The notes under the pieces are model-generated. The model was given only the letters and a program-made list of their open reading frames with translations. It made no database searches and was not told where the DNA came from. 32,000 nucleotides of DNA from Mycobacterium leprae TN. GTDB taxonomy: Bacteria; Actinomycetota; Actinomycetes; Mycobacteriales; Mycobacteriaceae. Both the position numbers and the translations under genes were made by a program. The DNA lies in NCBI RefSeq assembly GCF_000195855.1, contig NC_002677.1, positions 600,001 to 632,000 of the forward strand. The letters are read 5' to 3'. Below, piece by piece: positions 11,576-22,022 of the stretch (positions within the stretch are counted from its first letter, which is position 1; each line of letters begins with the position of its first letter).

Positions 11576-12564
11576 ATTAGGTGACGATCTACCGAGTGTA
11601 TCGCGGCGTTGACCTCCGTTCACCACGCCGCAGCGGCAGCGTTGCCCTCAGAGATGCTCACCGGTTGTATGGTGACCTTGGCCTAGGTCAAAGAAGCTGC
11701 ATCAATAAGTCGGACTGCGGAGTAACCGCACAGGTGCTACACAATGTCCCGCGATGTCGGATAGTTGGCCTGGCACCAATCCGGGCGAAACCCGTAATAG
11801 GTGGCAAATCAGACATATTGGGTTGTGGAGACGACTATGCTGGCGACTACCCGGCCCTTCAAACAGCTTATCCGATCGGCCAGTACGTGCGTCGGGACCC
11901 TGCCGATCGCGGCGAGCACCTCGGCGGTCATCGCCAGCATGGTGGTAGCATTTTGGTCGGAGAAAAACGCACGATTCTCCACCACGAGAACGCCAGCACC
12001 GCGTAGAACATAAACAACCCTGGTGCAGGTTCGGCCCAGTCGATTAGCAGATACTCACTAGCTGTCCGCGCAGCCTGACTGCGATCCGCACTATTGTCCT
12101 TACACCACAAAGTTTTCTGCTAGGAGACTAGGCGGCGGAAATTGCACGCCAAACCTTTATAGCCGGTAGCCTGGGTGATCGGCAACGGCCACTTGGTTGC
12201 GATCCAGCACGCCGATTTCGCTACCCGATCAGCGACCAAATCGCGCACGTGGTCGAGATGGCGTGGTAGCCGGTGCATGCCGAGGCTGCCCGCCGGCTTA
12301 GGCGCGTTCCACCACACGCTTGACGGTCTTGTGCTTGGTTCGGCACAACTCTGCGGTCTCACGATCGGTTCCGGCTTCCTGACAGGTAGAATGATGTTCA
12401 TTTGCTCCCTCACAGACTCAGACAAAACTGAAGTGAGCGAACAACGCGACCTGCCACGAAGCTCTCGATCGCAGTTGTCAGGTGGAGGGACTGGTCTAGA
12501 TATTTTAGCCGAGTTCTTTGAGCTGGCGCACCAACCGAGCCTTCTGATCATCGGTATCATTGTA

Positions 12565-13550
12565 CTGTGTAGTAGTCGATGCCCAAGTCGGTGTAGGCAA
12601 CTTGGGCGTGGATGATCGCCAGAATGGTGTGTTCGATCGCGGTAGCAGCTTTTATTTCAGCTTGCCTTGCCGAATTGGCGGTGCAGACTCCGGAATCGCG
12701 TGCTCAGACGCGTACGGGTTATGAGAGACCGCCCACGTCCCCGCAATGGCAACGCTGCAGAACTGCAGCGTTGCCATTGCGGGGACGTCGTCTTCCTCCT
12801 TTTGCCGATGGACTCGTTGTTACCCGGACATAATCCGATCCACGAAGCTAAATGATCGGCGGTTGGGAACCACGACATATTTACCTCGATTTCGGCGATG
12901 ACCGTCTGGGTTGCCAGCTTACCAATTCCAGGAGTCGTTATCAGAGGATCCCGTTGACGAGCGAACGGGGGGTGACTGTCGAATCTATGCGCACTTTCAA
13001 CCGGTTGATCATCAAGTTGAAACCATCAATGTGGGCCAGTTGCAGTCTGGCCAGCGGAGTATTCTGATCCGCCATCAGAAAATCCAAAGTCTTTGTTAGA
13101 TAAGGGATTTTCTTTAGTATCAGCCAGCAGAACAAATCGGCCAGCACCGCGGGATCGCGCTCCCCTCGATATCAACGTAGTGATCCTTGTCCTGCCCGAC
13201 ATGCTGAGGTAATAGGAGGCTACAGAATCCGGTTCAAGGCCGTCTTCTTAGAATACTTTGTGCAGCCTCAGGGTTTCCTGAGTATGCTCCTCGGTTAACT
13301 TCCGGTGGTATCGGGTAAATTCCCGGTACCGCCGCGATCTCCGCCGACGTGATGAAACTCCCGCGCAGCAGACCCACCTCGTGCAACTGTGCCAGCCAGA
13401 CCGCATCAGTGGCGTCGGTCTTGCGAAATGGAACATTCTTGACGTGGTTAGCTTTGCACAGCAGGATTTCAAATCCATTGACTTCAGCCAAGGCATGAAA
13501 CACAGGCCTTCAGTACACTTCCGTTTCCTCCATTCTACGTGTGTAACTTG
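12565..13550 (-). mobile_element. IS110-family transposase relic
   Basis: Minus strand, N to C: MEETEVY*RPVFHALAEVNGFEILLCKANHVKNVPFRKTDATDAVWLAQLHEVGLLRGSFITSAE, LTRYHRKLTEEHTQETLRLHKVF, SVLADLFCW, LARLQLAHIDGFNLMINRL, IEVNMSWFPTADHLASWIGLCPGNNESIGKRKK, FRSLHRQFGKAS, AIEHTILAIIHAQVAYTDLGIDYYT. Confidence 0.9.
12735..12788. repeat. Perfect 54-bp palindrome (26-bp arms, 2-nt spacer)
   Basis: acgtccccgcaatggcaacgctgcag / aa / ctgcagcgttgccattgcggggacgt. The arms are exact reverse complements. Confidence 0.95.
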
Positions 13551-14589
13551 TCCGGCGTGAAGTCATTCCGTTATCTATATAAACTCCCCGTAGAACATCA
13601 CGACCTTACTCACTTTCTGCGCACGTGGTTCGTCGCGCCGCTACGATCGTCCGGTACGTGGACTGCTACCGCCACTTGTCGCGTATTTACATTGATTCCG
13701 GCAACCTTCGAGAACACGATCTCCATCATCAACGCTTCCTTCGCTCACCACTAAGGTGTGTCACTCGCGGAGCGTACGAAACATTCGAAACCCAGGCATG
13801 TGCTCACAGCAGCAATCCGGAGTACCTCCCGTCGTGCACTTCCAGCGTCACTCTAAAATCAATACAAACTTTTAAAATGCCAATATGAGCCGACAGCAGC
13901 GGGTGACGTACCACCAAGTTTCAACCACCCGCGAGTGCTCAGCCAGGGGTATAATCATTCCTCACCTGGTCGGTTCGGGTGACTGTTGGCGCAAATCACT
14001 GTCACCGTCCCGGCTGCGAGCTTCCTGATCGACATGACAAGCAAGGAAACGAGACTTCATTACCTAGCCACCAGTGGGAACATCCATCTGGTCGTTCATG
14101 GGGACTTTCACATGGCTACGGCCACAGTTCATTTGTGCAACAAGATACGCCTTCACGAAGATCCTTGATGACTCTATGCTGCAATGTATTTCGTAGGCAA
14201 ATTGATGTAATTTTTCCTATCCTTCTGTAGGAAATTCTAGCACAGCAGAAGCGACAAGAATAGCGGCAATCGTTACCAAACGAAAGGAGAAAATAGGTTG
14301 TTTAAATTTGAATTTGGCGGATTTCAGTGTGCTAACATTGGAGGTGAACGCCGCGCTTATATTGACTTGCCGGTAACGTAGTGCAGGTTCGGGGAAAATT
14401 ATTCATTGATAGCGGTCAATGAGGCTGTATACTGGGAGTACTGTGCAAATCATACCTGGGTGATGAAACAATCTGTGCCAAAGAGGTGTCGTTGGTGACT
14501 TCGTTTATGGAGCCGCTGCAGGTCGTTAACCAGGTTAAGTCGGTGCAGAAGGCGTCGTGCTTAGTGCAATAGCAGCTAGTCAAGTGGTG

Positions 14590-14625
14590 GCGCTCATTCC
14601 TTAAGAAGCGCTCATTCCTTAAGAA
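14590..14625. repeat. 18-bp tandem duplication
   Basis: gcgctcattccttaagaa repeated twice (14590-14607 and 14608-14625). Confidence 0.95.
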
Positions 14626-14651
14626 GCTAGTCGAAGACTAGCTTCTTAAGG
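14617..14651. repeat. Perfect hairpin (16-bp arms, 3-nt loop)
   Basis: ccttaagaagctagtc / gaa / gactagcttcttaagg. Overlaps the second tandem unit. Confidence 0.95.
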
Positions 14652-15229
14652 AGCCTGTGCAGCCAGGTTTCAGTGATCAACTCTCCGAGATCGGGGATGT
14701 CGATCTAGGAGAGTTTGACCAACATCTCTGGATAGCCGTCGAAATGAGGGTGGTGAAATATACTCCTGGGTCGTCGGCGATTTAAAGCGAACTTGACACC
14801 CGTATCAGAAGACCCGGATATCGATAATGTTGCCGCTCGGTGGGTCGGTTCAGTGTGCTGCCAGAGCGTCACGGTCAGATTGCGCAGGGGTCGTTCCCAC
14901 GCATCGGTTTCTTACTGACTCGCCAAATGTGCGGTGGACTGCTTGGTGGTGCGTGGCAACCGCCCCACGATGCTTTGCGACGTCGTTCCACGTGGCCACG
15001 TGTCGACTATGGTGAAGCTTGGTGTCGGTTGTTGGCTGAGCCCACGCGAGGGACAAGCGTGATGTAATCGGCCTTGTTGGACCACCGGGCTTGTCTCGTG
15101 GAGTAGGTCGGTATCGAAGATTCGGGAGGTTGTTTTTGTCAGGAAGTAGCGCGTTGCCCTCTGACGACTTGTGTGATTCGCCGCCAGCCGCGCGTCTGGT
15201 CGGTGGCCTCGCGATCCTGACCAGTTGTT

Positions 15230-17515
15230 GGCCGATTATCGCGCCATGTGGGCGCAGCAGTTGTTGTTTGACGTGCGTGATGGCCGGTCTGGTTGCACCG
15301 TCCTGGTGCCAGTGTGCCCACACTCTGGCACCAGGAGGCACTGCCGTTAATGCTTACTCTGGAAGACTGGGCCACATTGGAATCCAGTGTCGTGCAACCT
15401 AGCCGGTTGCTCGATGCGGTGCTCACTGACCTGTATGGGCCGCGTCGCTGCGTCACCAGCGGAGTGTTTCCGGCTGTGCTGCTGTTCGGCCACCCTGGCT
15501 ACGTCCGGGCGGTCAATGCGATCGAAGTACCGGGCCGTAATCAGTTTTTTTATACATGGCTGTGCCATCAGCCGGAACCGGTCCGGGAGCTTTACTGTCA
15601 ATCTGGATTGGCCGCAGGTACTGGCGGGAGCCGGGTATGCGCTGGCCGACCGTCGGGTCGTCGCGCACGCTGTTCCTGACCTGTACGAACGGGTCGGGTT
15701 GCCCCCGGCATCACCGTTCGCGCAGACGTTGCTGCCGGCGCTGATCGATGCCACACCCGAGGCCTTCGAAGATCCGGTGGTTGTGGTGCCCACCCCCGGC
15801 ATCCGCTTCGAAATAGAATTCTACCAGGTCTATCTAGTATTTGTGTTGGGTTTCCCGCTGGTGGGAAGTGCTGACTTAGTGGTCCGCGATGGCAAGCTGT
15901 GGATGCGGTCGTTGAGCACCCTGAAACCGGGTCGACATGGTGTTGCACCGGGTCAATGCCGACTACGCCGATCAGCTGGATTTGCTGTCCGATTTCAGGC
16001 CGAGCGTGGTGGGTTTGGTCGAAGTGTTGTAACGCGGGGCGCGTGACTGTGGTCAACGCTCTGGGCAGCGGTATCCTGGAAAGCGCAGGGATCATGCGGT
16101 TATTGTCCGAGTTGTCGCTGTAGCTGCTTGGCGGAGCCCCGCTGCTGCTGGTGGCCGTCCGTGTCGAGGACGCGCCCTGGCAGTGGGTTGGTCAGGAGCT
16201 GTCACATTTTTCCTCTGCGTCCACTGACCACATACCTAGGAGGGTTGAATGTCGCCGGTGTTGGGGTGCGGTTGTTCATCGTCTCACAATGCGGTGGTTA
16301 CGCACCGATGATCGGTGGCCTGGGGTACACCCTTGCCCCGGGTAACGTCTCATGCAATCTTAATACCGTTGCGGCTAAGGATATCCGGTTCAGGACGCCG
16401 ACCCGGGACCGCTCCGGGGTCACCATTCCGTCGGTTGACTTGGCGGCGGTAAAGGCTGGCGGCACTCGCGGCATCAGCTCGCCAAGGTTGCTGTTCGACA
16501 TGTTTTGGGTTGGGCATTGCGCCGAGCTCGCTGAGGTCATGGCTCGATTACTGGTTTTCACCCGCGAGCGGTACCATGAATTCCATCACCGCGAGGACAC
16601 TGACGGTAGCGAATCCGTGCTCGCTGCACTCGGGCAGGTCATCGGCATCGATATTGCTGACGCGCAAGCGACACTTTGGTGACTGACCTATGTCTCGGAG
16701 CGTTCAAGATCGCTGACGCAGTCGGTCGCATGGCTTGGACTGGTTGAGTGGGTGGTGCGGGATCAAATGTCGAAGGACATATGGATGGTGCTCGGCAGTG
16801 TCGAGTGGTCACTGACGCAGCTGTCTGCATCGGTCCCGGTGACGTCTGGGCAGTCCCTCGAACCGGGCAAACTGGCCAATCCAGCGAGTCATCCGAGCTC
16901 GCTGACGACATCAAATTCGCCCCGGTGCACGCCACGACGTTGGCGTTGTCCCAGGTGGCGGCCGAATCGGTGGTGCGTGATGTCGACTTGACCATGACCA
17001 ATATCGGCAAACGGATCGAACGCAGGGAGTGGCTGACCTCGCTGTTGGAGGCCATCTCATCGAAGGACCGCAGCCGTGCTGCCGAGCAAACGATCATTGA
17101 GTCCACGCAGATGGCCTGCGAATCGTCGGTGATCTACCTGCGGCACAACCTTCGTGCTGTGAATGTTGCTACGGTTGCCGAGCTGGTACTTTTCGAGGTC
17201 GAGAACCCGAGGTTGCTGGTCTACCCGCTGGAGCGGCTGCGGACCGACTTGTGGCAGTTACCTGGAGCTTCGGGCTCGTCGCGGGCTGAACGGTTGGCCG
17301 ACGACATAAGTATCCGGTTGCGCCGGCTCGATCCGGCAGATTTCGATGTGGTCACTGCCAACGGGGAGCGCGCCAAGTTGGCGGGGTTGTTGACCGGGAT
17401 ACACAATGGGCTGCTTGACCCGACCGACGTTACCACCGCCACCCAGCTCTCGCTGCCCGGCGAAATGCAGCCAATGTGGGTACCAGACCAGCGTTGGGTG
17501 ATGCTATCATGTCAC
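15230..17515 (+). pseudogene. Circularly permuted ATP-grasp type 2 + alpha-E domain protein relic
   Basis: ATP-grasp part: LLADYRAMWAQQLLFDV, TLEDWATLESSVVQPSRLLDAVLTDLYGPRR, VVVVPTPGIRFEIEFYQVYLVFVLGFPLVGSADLVVRDGKLWMRSLSTLK, TVVNALGSGILESAGIMRLLSEL, CGGYAPMIGGLGYTLAPG. Alpha-E part: SSPRLLFDMFWVGHCAELAEVMARLLVFTRERYHEFHHREDTDGSE, ESVVRDVDLTMTNIGKRIERREWLTSLLEAI, ACESSVIYLRH, ENPRLLVYPLERLRTDL. Several frames. 5' limit approximate and may extend to ~15090. Confidence 0.85.
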
Positions 17516-18442
17516 ATGAAGTGGACGCAGCTGACGTCGCGGCGGTACCGAGTTAGTCACCGTACTGAATACCGCTATTCCGACGTTGTCACCAGTTCCT
17601 ATGGCCGTGGGTTCCTCACGCCATGCGATTCCTTGCGCCAGCGCTGTGTCGACCATCGGTTGCATATCGTGCCTGTTCCCGCTGACAGCTCGATAAGCCG
17701 CGACAGCTACGGCAACATCAGCTCCTACTTCCACGTCACCGAGCCGCACTGCACCCTGACTGTCACCAGTGAATCCATCGTCGACGTGTACCCGACTCCA
17801 CCCGAGCTGTTCACCAGTGGGCCGGCGTCGGCACCGTGGGAGGCGGCCCGGCCGACCGGGAGGCGGGGAGTGCTGGCCACTGAATTCACCCTGGATCTGA
17901 ATCCGCCGGAGATCACTGACGAAGTGCGGCAGTACGCTGCGCCAAGTTTCGAGCCGCAGCGTCCACTGATCGAGGTTCTGCGCGACCTCACCACACGGAT
18001 CTACGCCGATTTCACTTATCGGTCGGGCTCTACGACGATTTCCACCGGAGTTAACGAGGTTCTGTTGGCCCGAGAAGGGGTATGTCAAGATTTCGCCCGG
18101 TTGGCGATTGCCTGCTTGCGTGCCAACGGTCTGGCGGCTAGCTATGTATCCGGGTACTTGGCCACCGATCCTCCACCGGGGAAGGATCGTATGGTTGGTA
18201 TCGATGTGACCCATGCCTGGGCCTCGGTCTGGACGCCGCAACAGTCTGGCCAATGCGAGTGGTTGGGACTGGATCCCACCAATGACCAGCTGGTCGACGA
18301 GCGATACATTGTCGTCGGCCAGGGCCGCGACTACGTGAACGTGCCACCGCTGCGCGGCATCATCTACACTAACTCTGAGAACAGTGTGATCGACGTTGCC
18401 GTTGACGTAGCGCCCTGCGAAGGCGACGCACTGTATGCTTGA
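17516..18442 (+). CDS. Transglutaminase-like cysteine protease superfamily protein
   Basis: RRYRVSHRTEYRYSDVVTSSYGRGFLTP...FTYRSGSTTISTGVNEVLLAREGVCQDFARLAIACLRANGLAASYVSGYL...GIDVTHAWASVW...WLGLDPTNDQLV. Cys/His/Asp triad context intact. Internal ATG at 17516 of the longer track ORF 16748..18442 is chosen by domain start. Confidence 0.85.
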   Translation: MKWTQLTSRRYRVSHRTEYRYSDVVTSSYGRGFLTPCDSLRQRCVDHRLHIVPVPADSSISRDSYGNISSYFHVTEPHCTLTVTSESIVDVYPTPPELFTSGPASAPWEAARPTGRRGVLATEFTLDLNPPEITDEVRQYAAPSFEPQRPLIEVLRDLTTRIYADFTYRSGSTTISTGVNEVLLAREGVCQDFARLAIACLRANGLAASYVSGYLATDPPPGKDRMVGIDVTHAWASVWTPQQSGQCEWLGLDPTNDQLVDERYIVVGQGRDYVNVPPLRGIIYTNSENSVIDVAVDVAPCEGDALYA

Positions 18443-19480
18443 CTTCCGATGTTCTAACTGCGGTCAGCGCCTGACGTTCGAGAACTTCGTGTGTTTGTCC
18501 TACGGCAGCGCGCTGGGGTTTTCGCTGAAGGATATGGCGCTGCTGGTGATTGGTGACGCCGAGCACGTCGGTGCCATTGTTGCCGGAGATTATCAACCGT
18601 GTGCCAAATCTTCATCTGGACCAATGCAATTGGTTGGTCCCCGTTGATCAACCTGGCGGGCTGTGCACGTCATGCGTGTTGGACTCAACAACGGCAGCAC
18701 GATGCGTACACACACCATTGACCTGGCTGAGTTCGTCCGAGTCTAGGAGGCTAAGCGGCGGCTGATCGCGGAATTCAACGAACTAAAGCTGCCGATTGTC
18801 GAGCGTGACCAGAATCCCGACTTTGGACTGGCGTTCATCTGTTGTCCAGCGAGCACTAGAAGGTAGTCACCGAGCATGACGGCGGCATAATCGCCCTAGA
18901 GTTAACCGAGGGTGATGATGTTCACCGCAAGCAGTTGCGGGTTGAAATGAACGAGTCATACCCGCACCCTGCTCGGGCACTTCCGCCACGGGATCGGGAG
19001 TGACTACATTTATTAATTAAACCAGTTGATCACCAATTCGGGTGCATACTTGGACTATTGCCGCGGATTGTTCGGTGATCTCGACGCCAACTACCCCGAG
19101 TTGTTAGCTTGTGGCGCCCTGCCCGCTGACTGGTAGGAATGCTTTGTGTCATCGTATGATGCCATGCACGCTGCTCAGGATTATGCTGAGATGTTTGTTC
19201 ACAATACTGTACATACGCGATGTCCTGGACATCTTTAGTGTGGTGCGGTTTGACGTCGGCGTCAGTAACCTTTGAGCGAAGTGTGTTCGGCTTCAGTGCT
19301 TTTCCCACCATCATCGACATGTGGCTGCCGTTGTCCTGGTTGCTGAACATGGTCAACCGTTCGATGGGCCATGACGACCTATACTCGTTCGTGTTGATGT
19401 CCGCCGTTTTGGACAAGATGCAGTTCACTCACGCCGTCGTCGACGATGTGACTGCCAACCTAAACAGCAGCACATGAGGT
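18435..19480 (+). pseudogene. Zinc-ribbon putative metallopeptidase relic (PF15887-type)
   Basis: MLDFRCSNCGQRLTFENFVCLSYGSALGFSLKDMALLVI, then CTSCVLDSTTAAR, ELKLPIVERDQNPDFGLAF, VHRKQLRVEMNESYPHP, FRHGIGSDY (degenerate HExxH region), YCRGLFGDLDANYPELLACGALPADW, FVSSYDAMHAAQDYAEMFVH. Multiple frameshifts. Confidence 0.75.
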
Positions 19481-19704
19481 ACGTGGCCGTGGTTAGGCGA
19501 ATTGGGACCCGGCGGCAGTGGACCGTCACTGGGGGTGAGGGAGAAGCTCCGTAACCAGACGGTGGTGGATAGTCGTAAAGGTTCTGGTTGCCGCTCTGCT
19601 AGTTGGCCGGGTTAGCTAGATAGTTCGGGGTTGGCTTATTACTTTGATTCGTTTGCTAGTTTGTTGTGGGGACCCGTTGGGTACCCGAATCATCGGGGTT
19701 TACC

Positions 19705-21087
19705 GTGACTGACTTGTCTGTCCTTCGTGGTATTTCTAATGTTGTGTCCGACAGTCTGTTTGATTTGCCTGGCGCGCCGCAGCCGACCGACTACGGCCTG
19801 GGTGGCTCGACCGGGGTCCCGCTGGCGGTGCGGATGCGTCCGGCATCGCTGGACGAGCTGGTTGGACAGGGTCACTTGTTGGCGCCGGGATCGCCGCTGC
19901 GCCGCCTTGTCGAGGGCTCGGGTGTGGTGTCGGCTATTCTCCATGGCCCGCCGGGATGCGGTAAGACGACCCTGGCAGCGCTGATCTCGCAGGCGACCGG
20001 GCACCGGTTCGAGGCACTGTCGGCGTTGTCGGCGGGTGTCAAAGACGTTCGAGCTGTTTTGAAGATTGCACGTAGTGCGTTGCTCTCGGGGAAGCGGACT
20101 GTGCTGTTTATCGACGAAGTGCACCGATTCTCCAAGACTCAGCAGGACGCCCTGCTTTCCGCGGTGGAGAACCGGGTGGTGTTGCTGGTCGCGGCGACCA
20201 CCGAGAACCCGTCGTTTTCAGTGGTGGCGCCGCTACTGTCTCGATCGCTGATCCTTCAGTTGCGGCCGCTGAACGCTGACGACATCCGTGCCGTGGTGCA
20301 GCGGGCCGTCGATGATCCCCGCGGCCTGGGAGGACAGATCGCTGTGGCACCCGAGGCCGTCGACTTGTTAGTTCGGTTGGCCGCCGGCGACGCCCGACGG
20401 GTTTTGACCGCATTGGAGGTGGCCGCCGAAGCCGTCCAAACCGGTGACGAGCTGACGGTCGCGACCATTGAACAATCCTTGGACAACGCTGCAGTGCGCT
20501 ACGACCGGGACGGTGATCAGCATTATGATATCGTCAGCGCCTTCATCAAATCGGTGCGTGGCTCTGACGTGGATGCTGCGCTGCACTATCTGGCGCGCAT
20601 GTTGATTGCCGGGGAGGATCCACGATTCATCGCGCGCCGGCTGCTGATCCTGGCTAGCGAAGATATCGGCCTGGCCGACTCGACCGCGCTTCCGCTTGCG
20701 GTCGCTGCCGCGCAGACTGTGCAGCTAATAGGCATGCCCGAAGCCCAGCTGGCGCTGGCACATGCCACCATTCATTTGGCTACTGCACCGAAATCGAACG
20801 CCGTCATGACCGCGCTGGGTTCCGCAATAGATGATATCAAAGCTGGTAAGGCCGGTTTGGTACCGGCTCACCTGCGCGACGGACATTACTCCGGTGCGGC
20901 GGCGCTGGGCAACGCCAAAGGCTACAAGTATTCCCATGATGACCCCGACGGTGTTGTTGCCCAACAGTATCCGCCGTATGAGCTGGTGGAAGTGGACTAC
21001 TATCGGCCTACCGGTCGTGGCGGTGAACGTGAGCTCGTCGGTCGACTAGACCGGCTGCGAGCGATAATCCGCGGCCGGCGAGGCTAG
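19705..21087 (+). CDS. rarA: RarA/MgsA-type replication-associated recombination AAA ATPase
   Basis: [15 protein letters not shown], Walker [12 protein letters not shown], Walker [66 protein letters not shown]. Start placed at GTG 19705 (VTDLSVLRG...). Confidence 0.93.
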   Translation: MTDLSVLRGISNVVSDSLFDLPGAPQPTDYGLGGSTGVPLAVRMRPASLDELVGQGHLLAPGSPLRRLVEGSGVVSAILHGPPGCGKTTLAALISQATGHRFEALSALSAGVKDVRAVLKIARSALLSGKRTVLFIDEVHRFSKTQQDALLSAVENRVVLLVAATTENPSFSVVAPLLSRSLILQLRPLNADDIRAVVQRAVDDPRGLGGQIAVAPEAVDLLVRLAAGDARRVLTALEVAAEAVQTGDELTVATIEQSLDNAAVRYDRDGDQHYDIVSAFIKSVRGSDVDAALHYLARMLIAGEDPRFIARRLLILASEDIGLADSTALPLAVAAAQTVQLIGMPEAQLALAHATIHLATAPKSNAVMTALGSAIDDIKAGKAGLVPAHLRDGHYSGAAALGNAKGYKYSHDDPDGVVAQQYPPYELVEVDYYRPTGRGGERELVGRLDRLRAIIRGRRG

Positions 21088-21099
21088 CCGTTCGAGTAG

Positions 21100-21830
21100 T
21101 GTGCGGCTGGCTGCACGCTTGGCATCAGACCAGCTTGAGCACCCTCAAGTGCGCGATCGCCGGATCGAATTCGGCCACGTTGAGTACCTCGGCTTCCACA
21201 AATCCAGACCTGTTTGCTGCGCAACTTTAACTTGGTTGACCGGTCGCGGTTGCTGATCGCCATTGCGTTGATGCTGTCGAACGTCGAGCAGGACACCGTA
21301 CGCCGGAATACGGGATAGTCGACCATCAGGCTGGTGCTGCAGAACCCGTTGAGTTTTTCCAGTTCTGGAAGCACTCATGTCCGGTACGATCCATCGATCG
21401 GCTGCGCTGGTCGGATACCGTTTTGAGCCAGATAGCCCGTGTGCATGCGCCCTTGCACGAGCGGTGGTTACGCTGCCAGCAGAGCGATTCCCATTCTTCG
21501 ACCTGTGTGCTGCCGTTGAACATCTGCACAGCCTGATCGCGAATGCGCGCCAGCCGCCCATCGCCTGCACGTTCTCCCGAGTGAGCTGGTGGTGATGCAT
21601 CTGCCGGACTGTTCGGTCGACAAAAAGCGACACTCTGATACACCCGTCGATCTCCTGCAGGGCAGGTCATGACTACATCGCGAATGGAATGTGTGCAATT
21701 CCTATGTTGACCGACAGGGGTTGCGCCTGGATGGTGGTAGAGCGTGCGTACACGATCGACTCCAATCCTATCTCTGAGGCAGAGTCCCGGTAACGCTACC
21801 GGTTCATCAAGCTGCTTTCTTCCGACCACT
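21100..21830 (-). pseudogene. Relic of a mycobacterial Rv2557/Rv2558-like conserved protein
   Basis: Minus strand: [129 protein letters not shown]-like end. Frameshifts. Confidence 0.75.
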
Positions 21831-21932
21831 TAGGCGTGGCAATGCTGCTTGCGGGGCTTTCTCCCGGGTTGTGTATCGGATTGGCAGGTCGACAAGCCAC
21901 GCCCGTAGGCTGGGCTGCGTGCATACCGATGT

Positions 21933-22022
21933 GCTGGATGTGAACACTGCGTGTCGTCGCATCGTGGATCTTACCGACGCGGTACGCGAATTCGGCCCGA
22001 CTCACAGCGATGACCGGTAGTC
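21933..22022 (+). pseudogene. N-terminal fragment of a YjbQ/UPF0047-family protein (Rv2556c-like)
   Basis: VLDVNTACRRIVDLTDAVREFGPTHSDDR*, family N-terminus only. The rest of the family domain is absent before alaS. Confidence 0.6.

Noticed and set aside
13539-14230. Plus-strand ORFs 13539..13754, 13625..13888, 13979..14230 and 13986..14168 as genes
   Set aside because: Short, overlapping frames with no recognisable motif in a decay tract.
14850-15341. 163-aa minus-strand ORF and overlapping plus ORFs before the ATP-grasp relic
   Set aside because: The plus strand shows traces of the ATP-grasp gene's N-terminal region here (LLADYRAMWAQQLLFDV), so the minus ORF is probably antisense noise.
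17507-18253. 248-aa minus-strand ORF opposite the transglutaminase
   Set aside because: Antisense to a well-supported domain; no family features.
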